Numbered from the stretch's first letter, positions 21,969-31,886 are shown. The stretch: 64,000 bases of DNA from an uncultured cyanobacterium (GCA_963719515.1 CAVRCJ010000004.1:1-64000); one strand, 5' to 3'. Numbers and translations: made by a program. The notes: generated by a model from the sequence alone, not told the origin.

Positions 21969-24410
21969 CTACTGAATATAGGCCACCGTTACGCCCGTTC
22001 CCCCATCGGCTTTCTCCGCCGCTTCAAATCGCTCTACCTGTGGATGCCGCTTCAAGAACTCCTGCACCCCCAGCCGCAGCTTGCCGGTTCCGTGGCCATG
22101 AATTACCCAAATCGGCCCCGGCCCCGCTGCGGCAATGTAGCGGTCTAGGGTAATCTCTGCGTCTGCTACCCGGCTTCCCCGAATGTCTATGGTGTTTTTC
22201 GAAGTGCGCACGGCGGGCACATCGGCCTTGGGGGGCGCAGGGGGGGGCGCGGACTTGCGGCGCTCGGGCATTTCGGCCTTTTCTCCCTGCAGAGATTCTA
22301 TGTCCGCTAGGGATACCGTCATTTTCATCAGGCCAAAGCGCACCGCCAGCTCACCATCCCCGTCCGCCGCCGTAATCACCTCCGCCGTCTGCCCTAGCCG
22401 CGCAATGCGGACGCGATCGCCCGGCTGGGGTTTGAACCCCGGCTTGGGTTTCGCAGCCTTGGCGGGCAGCTTCTTCTCGGCAATGGTGTTGATTTTCTCC
22501 GTAGCGGTCTGGGCGTCCTGCGCGGTGGCCTTCCCCTTTTGCAGCCGCCGAATGACCCCGGCAATCTCTCCCTTGGCCTGGGCGATCGCCGCCTGCACCT
22601 GCTGCTCTTGCTCTTGTTTGAGCGCCTGCTCCCGCTCCCGCAGCGACTGGGCTTTGCGGGCTAGCTCGGCGTGCAGGGTTTCAGTGCGCTTCAAGAGGGC
22701 GTTGGCCTCCTGGGAGCGCGATTCCTGCTCCCGCCGCTGCGCCTCTAGCCCGGCAATCACCTCATTGACGTCGTCGGTGCCCGCCGCCCCCACCAGGTTT
22801 CTGGCCTGCTCCACAACCTGGTCGCCTAGGCCCAGACGGCGGGCAATGGTGAGGGCGTTGGAGCGACCGGGAATACCCCACAGCAGCCGGTAGGTGGGAG
22901 AGAGGGTTTGGTCGTCGAATTCTACGGAGGCGTTCTCGAAGCGGTCGTCCTGGTATTTAAGGGCCTTGAGTTCGCCGAAGTGGGTGGTGGCCACCGTGAG
23001 ATTGGCGTGCTCCGCCAGGTTTTTGAGGAGGGCGATCGCCAGGGCGCTGCCTTCTGAGGGGTCGGTGCCCGCTCCGACTTCGTCCAAAAGTACGAGGGCA
23101 TTGGCCACATCAGGGGAGTCGCTGGGCTGCAGCGCCTCCAGAACCCTCACAATGCGGCGAATGTGGCCCGAGAAGGTGGACAGGCTTTGTTCAATGGATT
23201 GCTCATCGCCAATGTCCGCCAATACCTGGTCAAACCAGGGAATCTCCACCGGCTCGCGGGCGGGAACGAACAGGCCCACCTTGGCCATCAGCGCGGCTAG
23301 GCCAATAGTTTTGAGGGTGACGGTTTTGCCGCCGGTATTGGGTCCGGTGATGGCGACGACGCGGGTGCGCGGGTCAATGGTGACATCGATGGGCACCACG
23401 GGTGCGCCCTCCTCGTGCTGGGCCTGCCACACCAAGAGCGGGTGACGCAGCTGCCGCAGCAGGACGCGGTTGTTTAAGTCGCCCCCCCGTTGGTCACCCT
23501 CGGTTTCGGAGTCCTGGGGCCGCTGAACCAAACGCGGGAAATTGCCCCCCAGCCAGTAGCTGTAGCGGGCGCGGGCGGTGGCCAAGTCCAGCACCGTGAC
23601 GATGGCCAGCAGCGCTTCAAGCTCTTCTAGCACCTCCGCCACCTGCTCGCTCAGCACTCGGCGCACCTTTTCTTCCTCCGCTTCTTCCCGCCGCAGAAGC
23701 TGCCGCAGCTGATTGCCCAACGGCACAATGCTCTGGGGCTCAACATACAGCGTCACGCCGCTGGTGGAGGCGTCGTGAACAATACCGGGAACGGCGTCTT
23801 TTTGAGAGGCTTTGATGGGCAGCACAAAGCGATCGCCCCGCTGGGTAATGACCGCCTCCTGCATAGCGCCGCTGTGCCGCTGCATGAGGCGCTGCAGGGT
23901 ACGCTGGATGCGATCGCGGGTTTGGCGAAGCTGCTCTCGGATGCCCAGCAGCTTGGGGTTGGCGCGATCGGTGACCTGGGCGCGATCGTCAATGCAGTGG
24001 CGAATGGCCTGCTCTAGCTCAGGAAAAGTGCGCAGCTCGCTGACCAAGGCCTGCAGCGTCGGCAGCACCTCATCCTCCTGGGCGTCGATGGTGCGGCGCA
24101 GCTGCCGGGTGGCGTAGAGGGTAGTGGCAAGGTCTAGCAGCTCTTGCCCGCTCAAAACTCCTTGGCGAGAGACCCGATTTAACGACGGGCCGATGTCCTC
24201 AATGCCGTTAAACTTCAGCGTTGTCGTCGGCTGAGCCTCTAGCTCGTAGACTTCTCGGGTTTGGGCTAGCAGCCGCTGCGTCTGGGCGGGTGAGGCGGGA
24301 ATCGCGAGCTGTCGGGCGGCGATCGCGCCCAGCTTTGTGGCGGCGAAGGTCGAGAGGTGCTGGCAGAGTCGCGGCCATTCCAGTAAGTTGAGCGTCTCGG
24401 TTTGAATCAA
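21969..24410 (-). CDS. mutS2: endonuclease MutS2
   Basis: ITGPNTGGKTV, DIGDEQSIEQSLSTFSGH, C-terminal Smr IHGHGTGKLR. Confidence 0.97.
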   Translation of the reverse strand: MIQTETLNLLEWPRLCQHLSTFAATKLGAIAARQLAIPASPAQTQRLLAQTREVYELEAQPTTTLKFNGIEDIGPSLNRVSRQGVLSGQELLDLATTLYATRQLRRTIDAQEDEVLPTLQALVSELRTFPELEQAIRHCIDDRAQVTDRANPKLLGIREQLRQTRDRIQRTLQRLMQRHSGAMQEAVITQRGDRFVLPIKASQKDAVPGIVHDASTSGVTLYVEPQSIVPLGNQLRQLLRREEAEEEKVRRVLSEQVAEVLEELEALLAIVTVLDLATARARYSYWLGGNFPRLVQRPQDSETEGDQRGGDLNNRVLLRQLRHPLLVWQAQHEEGAPVVPIDVTIDPRTRVVAITGPNTGGKTVTLKTIGLAALMAKVGLFVPAREPVEIPWFDQVLADIGDEQSIEQSLSTFSGHIRRIVRVLEALQPSDSPDVANALVLLDEVGAGTDPSEGSALAIALLKNLAEHANLTVATTHFGELKALKYQDDRFENASVEFDDQTLSPTYRLLWGIPGRSNALTIARRLGLGDQVVEQARNLVGAAGTDDVNEVIAGLEAQRREQESRSQEANALLKRTETLHAELARKAQSLREREQALKQEQEQQVQAAIAQAKGEIAGVIRRLQKGKATAQDAQTATEKINTIAEKKLPAKAAKPKPGFKPQPGDRVRIARLGQTAEVITAADGDGELAVRFGLMKMTVSLADIESLQGEKAEMPERRKSAPPPAPPKADVPAVRTSKNTIDIRGSRVADAEITLDRYIAAAGPGPIWVIHGHGTGKLRLGVQEFLKRHPQVERFEAAEKADGGTGVTVAYIQ

Positions 24411-24738
24411 AAGCTATCCCTGGTCTGTATATCTTGCCTTTAGCTCAGTATGACTTTGCGTATCAGCGCTGCTGTGCCGGGGCTGGGCAGTGACGTCTAT
24501 ATCCTGCTCTCAACGCTTTGATACAAGCCGTAGTGACGATGTAGCACCCCTTGATTTTAGCGCTTGTCGATTTGGATTCCAACGCCTGAGCCTAGTGATG
24601 CGGTACCTTGAGCCGACAATCTTCCTCCAAACGGTTTTGTTCCAAACGTTACGACTACGCCATATAAGGTCTCACTAGCCGGGGAGCTTACGCGCTTTGG
24701 GAGACGTACATTCTGCGAAAAAATCCCATTTTGAGAAG

Positions 24739-24779
24739 CTTAAGTCTCCCTTAATAGAAGCTTGGGACTCGCTTAACAT
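24739..24779 (+). promoter_or_regulatory. putative Pho box (SphR-type) upstream of the 5'-nucleotidase
   Basis: CTTAAGTC, CTTAATAG, CTTGGGAC, CTTAACAT at exact 11-bp spacing (24739, 24750, 24761, 24772). Confidence 0.65.
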
Positions 24780-24850
24780 CTCCGTGAGAGCTTGTAAAAC
24801 TGGATGCCAATTTCAAACTGTCGTTCACCAGACCAATCACGGAACAAGCT

Positions 24851-27697
24851 ATGCCTTTTCAGCTACAGATTCTGCATGCCTCCGACCTAGAAGGCGGCGT
24901 TGATGCCATCACTAGCGCACCGAACTTTGCGGCAATTGAAGAATTTTTAGAAGGAGAGGTTGCCAACAGCATCACGCTCTCTGCTGGCGACAACTACCTA
25001 CCCGGCCCTTTCTCGGCAGCGGCCAACGACCGCGAGACCTTCCGCGACGGCGGCGTCTTCAACGACTTCTACAATTCTCTGTTTGGGCTATCCCTTCTAG
25101 CCGACGGTAATCCTCGACGCCTACGAGTCCCTGCGCGAGGGGCTGGGCCGCGTTGATATTTCCCTCATGAACCAGATCGGATTCGACGCTTCTGCCGTAG
25201 GGAATCACGAATTTGACTTCGGTACCAGCACCTTTTCTGACATCATCGCCCCTGACTTCCGTGATGCGGGTCTAGCGGACGATCGCTGGGCGGGGGCGCA
25301 GTTCCCCTACCTGAGCGCGAACCTGGATCTCTCGGCAGAAGAGGCTTTAGCTGGGCTATTCACGAGCGACATTCTGCTCAACACCGCCTTTGAAACCGGC
25401 CCCGAGGAATCACTTGGCTGGGGCGAATGTGCCCAAGATTGCCCCCTCTACCATCGTTGAAGAAGTGGACCCCACCGACCGACTGTCCGCCGCAGCGATT
25501 GGCGTGATTGGCGCGACGACCCAGATTTTAGAAGATATCTACCTCGACTGGAAACGTCGAAGTGATTGGCCCTGATCAAAACGACATGGCGGCGCTAGCG
25601 GCCATCCTGCAGCCGGAAATCGACGCCCTCACCGCTCAAGGCGTCAACAAAATCGTGCTGGTGTCTCACCTGCAGCAAATTGTCCTAGAGCAAGAGCTGG
25701 CCGGTCTGCTCAACGGCGTAGACGTCATTGTTGCCGGAGGCTCTGACACCCTGCTGGCCGACGGCGAAGACGTAGGTCGGGGCCTGCAGCCGGGGGATAC
25801 CCCAGATGGGGGCTATCCCTTCCAGGCGACTGACGCAGCCGGCAACCCCGTACTGATTGTCGGCACCGACGGCGAGTATAGCTACGTGGGTCGCTTAGTC
25901 GTCACCTTCGACGACAGCGGCGTCGTGATTCCCGGAAGCGTGGACCCCAACGTCAGCGGCACATTTGCCACCACGGATGCAGGCGTTACGGCTCTTTTTG
26001 GCGCTAACAATGCGTTCGAGGCCGGTACTGACGCTGCCGCAGTTCAGGCTCTCGTAGGAGAGACGATTGACATCGTCACCGAGCAAGACAGCGTCATCTT
26101 CGGCTCCACCACCGTCTTCCTCGACGGTCGCCGCTCCGAAGTGCGAACCGAGGAAACCAACCTCGGCAACCTGACGGCGGACGCCAACCTGTTTGTTGCC
26201 CAGCAAATCGACTCCACCGTCCAGGTTTCCATCAAGAACGGCGGCGGCATCCGCGACGCTATCGGCTCTGTTGGCGACGACGGTGAGCTGCTGCCCACGG
26301 TGGCCAACCCGGCATCGGGCAAGCAAGAAGGCGAAATCTCCCAGCTTGATATCGCCAACAGCCTACGCTTCAACAACGGCTTGACCCTGCTCACCCTCAC
26401 TGCTGAAGATCTCAGAATCATTCTTGAGCAGGGCGTGGCGGGTACGGAAGACGGCGCGACTCCCGGACAGTTCCCTCAGGTGAGCGGCATCTCCTTTAGC
26501 TTTGACGCTACCGGTCAGGCGATCGCCTTTGACGACGAAGGCAACATTGTCACCCAAGGCAACCGCATTCAAAATGCAGCGATTACCGATGAAGACGGCA
26601 ACATCGTCGATGTGTTGGTGCAGAACGGCGTAGTTGTTGGCGATCCGAACCGCGACATTCGCGTGGTCACCCTCAACTTCTTAGCAGACGGCGGTGACGG
26701 CTATCCCTTCGACGTGCTGGGCGAGAACCGCATCGACCTCTTCTCAGAAGATGACGCTGCTCCCCGCACGGGCGCTGCAACCTTTGTAGGCGATGGCACT
26801 GAGCAAGACGCGTTTGCGGAGTTCCTAAACGCCAACTTCAGCACGACCCCGTTCAGCATCGAAGAAACCGACCCTGAAAACGACACCCGTCTGCAAAACC
26901 TCAGCGTTCGTGCGGATACCGTGCTCACCACCTTCATCGAAATCGATGGGGGCATCGGCACCCTGGGTAACGATATCATCACGGGCACCGATGCCGACGA
27001 CATCCTGCGGGGCAACAACGGCGACGACGTCATTGCTGGGCTGGGCGGCGATGACACCATCTTTGGCGGTCGCGGCGACGACGAGATCAACGGCGGCGCT
27101 GGCGATGACGATATCCGAGGATTGGCTGGCGACGACACCATCTTTGGCGGTGTGGGCAACGATCGCATCCGCGGCAATGCGGGCAGCGACGAGATGTTTG
27201 GCAACGCGGGCGAAGACGACATGCTCGGCGGTAAGGGCAGCGATCGCCTCAACGGTGGCTCTAACGATGACCTGATGCGTGGGGCCAAGGGCAACGACGT
27301 TCTGCTGGGGGGTTCCGGCAACGACATCATCTATGGGGGTCGCGGCAACGATAGCCTTGTTGGCGGCAGCGGCAATGACCTTCTGCGGGCTGATGCCGGC
27401 GACGATATCCTAGAGGGTGGTCAGGGTAACGACGAGATTCGCACGGGGGCCGGCGATGACTTTGTTATCCTGGGTGCCGGTGTCGGCACAGACACAATCT
27501 TCCGCTTTGACGCTCAGGGAGATGACCAGATTCTGCTGACCGATATTAGCTTTGACGACCTCAGCCTCAACGTCGTTGGCAGCAACACCGAAATCGTTTT
27601 TGGCGCTCAGACTCTAGCTGTTGTGGTCAATAACACTAGCCTGACGGGAGCTGACTTTGACCAGCTCGTCGTCCCGGCACCTCAACCCGTCATCTAA
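24851..27697 (+). pseudogene. bifunctional metallophosphatase/5'-nucleotidase with RTX tail, split by three +1 frameshifts (pseudogene or assembly error)
   Basis: ILHASDLEG, SAGDNY, GNHEFD, LVSHLQ, ETNLGNLTADA, NGGGIR lie across four ORFs; extra bases near 25110, 25415 and 25541. Confidence 0.85.
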
Positions 27698-27744
27698 ATC
27701 AGACCTAGGTTGATTGACCGGGTGCATCATTACTTTAGGCTGCG

Positions 27745-27779
27745 GCGAGGGGCGAGCTATGCTTTACCCCTCGCTTTTT
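27745..27779 (+). terminator. intrinsic terminator
   Basis: GCGAGGGG...CCCCTCGC stem followed by TTTTT. Confidence 0.75.
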
Positions 27780-27792
27780 CATCCAGGAGCGG

Positions 27793-28329
27793 CTAATCCC
27801 AACTTGGAGATCTGTCTCCCTCGTGCGCGGGCTGAAACACAATGTCGCACTGCTCACAGTAGAGCGATCGCGACCACTTGCGGTACTCCGGCGCGTAGAC
27901 CTTGCTGTAGCGCTTCATCACCCGGCGCCTAGCATAGGCCGTGACCCCTGCAGCGACGCCCAGCACCGGCAGACTAGTCCCCACCGCCGCCACACCCACC
28001 ATGCCGCCTAAAGCCACACAGCCCAGACCCACAGGGTCTCTCGGTGGCGCAGTTAGCCGCTCACCTCGTCGGGTTTTGGGGCTGCGTCCCAGCCAGTCGT
28101 TTACCAGGTCGCCATAGCTCGGCAGCGATCGCTTGCCGTAGCGCTGCCCTAGCGCCTGGAGGTGCTCGGCTTTGCCGCAGCGCGGGCAGCAAAATTCATC
28201 TTCGTCAGCTTGCGCTTCAGTGGGACGAGCTGATGAAGGGCGTCCGGCCTGAGTCCGGGGCAGCGGCCTGGCTCGAAACGAGCGACCGGAGGGGGGTCTA
28301 CGGGACGACGCGGGACGTCTAGAAGTCAT
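27793..28329 (-). CDS. hypothetical membrane protein with split CxxC...CxxC motif
   Basis: CPRC, hydrophobic segment, CEQC. Confidence 0.6.
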   Translation of the reverse strand: MTSRRPASSRRPPSGRSFRARPLPRTQAGRPSSARPTEAQADEDEFCCPRCGKAEHLQALGQRYGKRSLPSYGDLVNDWLGRSPKTRRGERLTAPPRDPVGLGCVALGGMVGVAAVGTSLPVLGVAAGVTAYARRRVMKRYSKVYAPEYRKWSRSLYCEQCDIVFQPAHEGDRSPSWD

Positions 28330-28518
28330 AGGAGATTGAGGCTAATTGTGCTGTCTATAGCGAACATGTGCCCGTAGAGTAGTATTTTTTGGCGGTTTGC
28401 ACAATCTACAGCAAGGCAGACCCTGGGGGGCGGGGCGGGTAACCCACAGCGGGTAGATGTATCGCTTGCGACGGCCATAGCATGATGGATAATTCCGATG
28501 CGTTGAAACCAAACAGCT

Positions 28519-28851
28519 ATGACCCTGAGCAACCAAAAATGCACCCCTTGTGAGGGTGCCGTCGACAAAATTTCAGAGGAGGAGGTCGCTAGGTTAAAGC
28601 CTCAAATTCCAGAGTGGAAGACCATTGAAGTGGGCGGGGAGAAGCGCCTAGAGCGGGTGTTCAAGTTTCCAGACTTCAAGTCAGCCCTCGACTTTACTCA
28701 GCAGGTGGGCAATATGGCCGAAGAAGAGGGGCACCATCCGGCACTGCTAACCGAGTGGGGCAAGGTCACCGTGACTTGGTGGACCCACGCGATTGACGGC
28801 CTACATGAAAACGACTTCATCATGGCGGCGAAAACGAACAAGATGAAGTAG
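28519..28851 (+). CDS. phhB: pterin-4-alpha-carbinolamine dehydratase
   Basis: CTPC, EEEGHHPAL, WWTHAIDGLHENDFIMAAK. Confidence 0.93.
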   Translation: MTLSNQKCTPCEGAVDKISEEEVARLKPQIPEWKTIEVGGEKRLERVFKFPDFKSALDFTQQVGNMAEEEGHHPALLTEWGKVTVTWWTHAIDGLHENDFIMAAKTNKMK

Positions 28852-28901
28852 CCCGTTCCCAGCGATCGCCCTGCGGCATAGAGACCTGTGGTGGAAAAGA
28901 T

Positions 28902-30227
28902 CTAGCTCCGCTGGGGGCGCTGAACGATGGTCTCGACCATCCGCCGCCGGGCCGCTGGGTCAACGCCAATCAGCCGCACATAGTGGTTCGGATGTAGGGC
29001 CAAACAGGCTTTTAGCGCCGCCTGTGCGTCTTGCTCTTCTTTGCGGGCCGTTGTGAAGCTCTGCCACGCGTTGGTTTGGAACCGACGTTGATCCACATGC
29101 TCAATGCCGACGTGCAGGCCCTGAGACAGAAGCTGGCAGATGGTCTTTTGGGCATCGAGGGATAGACGGGGCAGGGGTTGCGGAGCGCTGGGATCTAGGC
29201 AAAAAGACGGGGGCGACGACGTTGCCTCTGCCTCGGTTATGGGGGCGCTCGCTTCTACCGCTGTCCCCATCGCTTTATATTTAAAGCCGTGGTTTTGACC
29301 GTTGCCGTTGGGCGGGTGGCCATTGGGCTCAGCTAAACCAGTAGGCTGCAAAACCCGGTTGTAGGCTTCTGCAAGGTGACCGTCCTGCACCTGTTGTTGC
29401 TCATCCACCAAGCTTTGGCCGAGGGAGAGGAGCTGGTCTAACCTCATTTGGGGGGGCGGAAAGCGGGGCGGTCCCTCAGCGCTGTTGACCACCCGCTGCG
29501 ACACGCGCTCTAAGCCCGTATCGTGAATGAAGCGGCGCACCTGCTCGTCGTAGACGCGGGCGCGAAGGGCGCTAAAGAAGTCGATGGACTGCTTCGGGAA
29601 AGCTTTTACGAGTTTGACGACTGCCCGACTTGGCAAGTCATCCGGGGCAAAGATGCCCCCCACAATGCCGAGGCGATCGCTCTCATCCGGCAGCCAGTAG
29701 AACTTCTCCATGCGGCCATCGCGCACCAGCGGCGCATACAGCGTCGAAAAGTCGTTTCCTGTGACGATGATGGGCACCCGGCGCACGGGGTTCTCGTCAT
29801 AGCTGCCGGGAAGCTGTACGTTGGTCGGGTTGTCGGCGATGTTCATCAGCGTCGCGTTGACGAGCTGGGTGTTGACGGTGTACTGGGTGCCCGAGTCAAA
29901 CCGCCCTGCCCCGGCATCCAGGTCGTTGATCATGACCACCGCCATACGGCCCCGGACCTTCACCAACTCGGACGCCTCCCGGTAGCGCAGCCGCAGTAGC
30001 CTTGCGGGGTCGCCCGCATCGGGGCTCTCTAGCTCCCCCCCAGAAATATGCACCACCTCGACGCCCATCTTCTCGAAGGTCAGCTCGCACTGAAAAGTTT
30101 TGCCCTCTCCTTTGCGCCCGTGGACGCCCAGGATGAGGGGCATCCGCACTCCCGGTAGGTCTAGGTAGTTCTTGGTGAGGTGGATGGCCAGCTTGTCGCG
30201 AAATCGAGGAGAGAGATAGTAGTCCAT
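28902..30227 (-). CDS. rca: Rubisco activase-like AAA+ protein (ALC) with C-terminal RbcS-like domain
   Basis: GRKGEGKTFQCE, INDLDAGAGR, RDGRMEKFYW; SSUL motif IEHVDQRRFQTNAW...YVRLIGVDP. Confidence 0.92.
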   Translation of the reverse strand: MDYYLSPRFRDKLAIHLTKNYLDLPGVRMPLILGVHGRKGEGKTFQCELTFEKMGVEVVHISGGELESPDAGDPARLLRLRYREASELVKVRGRMAVVMINDLDAGAGRFDSGTQYTVNTQLVNATLMNIADNPTNVQLPGSYDENPVRRVPIIVTGNDFSTLYAPLVRDGRMEKFYWLPDESDRLGIVGGIFAPDDLPSRAVVKLVKAFPKQSIDFFSALRARVYDEQVRRFIHDTGLERVSQRVVNSAEGPPRFPPPQMRLDQLLSLGQSLVDEQQQVQDGHLAEAYNRVLQPTGLAEPNGHPPNGNGQNHGFKYKAMGTAVEASAPITEAEATSSPPSFCLDPSAPQPLPRLSLDAQKTICQLLSQGLHVGIEHVDQRRFQTNAWQSFTTARKEEQDAQAALKACLALHPNHYVRLIGVDPAARRRMVETIVQRPQRS

Positions 30228-30520
30228 GTTGTGGTTTCGCTTGACCTCTTGAGTCTACTGCAGCAGATGACCCTTCGATAGGGCGTTCAGGGCAACTTGA
30301 GAGGTCGAGGCGATCGGATTTGGACTGGACCGCTTCACTGCCGGCCTCGCGACGAAAGGACGTGGCGATGCCATGTCCTTACCGCCTGATTTGCGACCTG
30401 CACAATGCTGTGAATTCATGCCTCAATTCATCGATGATCCCCTTCGGAGTTGATTTGATTGAGACCGACGTGAAAGGAGTTCTTGTTGGGCGGAGATCCC
30501 TCCTGACTCCCCTTATCAAA

Positions 30521-30790
30521 GATACCCCTGGCGAAATATTCCGTAATGGCGTTTGGCGTCTTGCAGGCCCCCTCCGCCCCCAATTCGTAGTCCATGCCCT
30601 TCGGACAGGCTTCGCCAGCGGCTACGCTGCGCGAGGGGGAAACCTGAGCAGTGGCCATACCATTTGCCGCTATTGACTTCAAGGAGTTATAACTTCCCTG
30701 AAGGCCTCCAGAATTGGGGGATTTGGAGACCTTCAGAGAAGTCAGGAAATAGCCGAGATGTAACAAGACATCGAATTCGCCGGCGGCGTC
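30521..30790. mobile_element. degenerate MITE, homologous to 58791-59010, with an internal insertion
   Basis: ends GATACCCCTGGCGAA / TTCGCCGGCGGCGTC; body aligns by eye to the 58.8-kb copy. Confidence 0.8.
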
Positions 30791-30867
30791 AAAAGACGCG
30801 CAAGAAATATTCTCTTTGCGTCAAACTTGAGCTACACAAGACTAGCGGACACTGCCTGCCCCCCAGG

Positions 30868-31227
30868 CTAACCCCGAGGGATATCCAGAGAGCGCCGCCG
30901 CATCAGGTAGGCCAGCACCTGCCCTTCGCGGCGGGTAATCCTGACGCCACCATCGCCAATGGCAATGGGGCCGCTCCACTGGGCATGGTCCACATAGTGA
31001 CGCGCCTGCAGCAGGTAGATGGTTTCCCGCACGCCTTCTGGGGAGCCGATGAGCAGGTGGCGGATGAATTCATCGCTGGGGCCAGGATCTGGGGAGACCA
31101 GATTTGGGGTGGCGATCGCGGTGGGGGTAATTAGGGGAGCTGCGGTGCCTGCGGGCAGCCCGTCGGGTGCGGCCAATAGGCTATGTGCGGCCTCGCTATG
31201 GGGCAGCTGAAGGTGGTGAATTGTCAT
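30868..31227 (-). CDS. small conserved cyanobacterial hypothetical protein
   Basis: IRHLLIGSPEGVRETIYLL...WS motif recalled from multicopy cyanobacterial hypothetical proteins; ATG at 31227. Confidence 0.7.
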   Translation of the reverse strand: MTIHHLQLPHSEAAHSLLAAPDGLPAGTAAPLITPTAIATPNLVSPDPGPSDEFIRHLLIGSPEGVRETIYLLQARHYVDHAQWSGPIAIGDGGVRITRREGQVLAYLMRRRSLDIPRG

Positions 31228-31329
31228 GGGTTTTCTCTTTATAGTTTGGGTAAGAAAACCCAAAGAGCCTGGCCAACCCAGGGTGTTGCGAGTCTAGGAA
31301 GGCCGGGGACATTGCCATACAATGTCCCA

Positions 31330-31450
31330 TAGCTCTAGACAGGCGGGTTCTGTCTGGGGTCAGGGCGCGGGCGTTGCGTCATCAACGTTCCGCGTCCGTT
31401 AGCGACCAAGTCTTTGGGCGAACGGTTGAGCGGTGCGAGACCGCTCTAGC
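31330..31450 (+). ncRNA. candidate structured small RNA
   Basis: TACAAT -10 element at 31318, then hairpins 31332-31360, 31363-31397 and 31428-31446; G-U pairs favour the + strand. Confidence 0.45.
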
Positions 31451-31519
31451 TAGAAAAGGTACCGCATTTGGGGCCGGGGGGCAAGGGCAGATTTGAAAGG
31501 GCTTTTGGATGGTGGTGTG

Positions 31520-31575
31520 GCGAACGCCCATGGGTACGCTGCGCGAACGCCCATGGGCACGCTGCGCGAACGCCC
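31520..31575. repeat. 23-bp tandem repeat GCGAACGCCCATGGGYACGCTGC, about 2.4 copies
   Basis: each unit starts with the HIP1-like octamer GCGAACGC. Confidence 0.85.
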
Positions 31576-31637
31576 TTTTAATGGCTCGCTGTCGTTAGCG
31601 GCGGTGCTACTTTAGAAGGAAAGCAACGGACAGGACC

Positions 31638-31886
31638 ATGACTACGGCAGAGCAGATTTATGAGCTGGTGAAGGCGATGCCGGAAGCGCAGGCCAACATG
31701 GTGCTAATGTTTGCTGAACTGGTGGGGCGGCGCGACAGCGGTGCCAGTGAAGCTGAGGCCGTGGGGAAAGATGATGAGGCATGGCGATCGCTAATACAAG
31801 AATTGTCTGGAACCTGGCCAGATTTCCCTATGGCGGAGGCGCTGAGGGCGACAGCAGGGCAGGATGTAGCGCGTGAGCCGCTTTAA
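31638..31886 (+). CDS. putative antitoxin (DUF2281-like)
   Basis: small acidic ORF with AGGA RBS, directly upstream of and overlapping a PIN gene. Confidence 0.75.
   Translation: MTTAEQIYELVKAMPEAQANMVLMFAELVGRRDSGASEAEAVGKDDEAWRSLIQELSGTWPDFPMAEALRATAGQDVAREPL

Noticed and set aside
28519..28851. PCD next to Rubisco activase as a Raf2/acRAF assembly factor
   Set aside because: The catalytic HHP and TH histidines are intact and the genes are convergent, so a true dehydratase is more likely.
30320..31134. ORFs 30320-30676, 30428-30766 and 30553-31134
   Set aside because: They run through the MITE or antisense to a real gene and show no protein motifs; none is a transposase.
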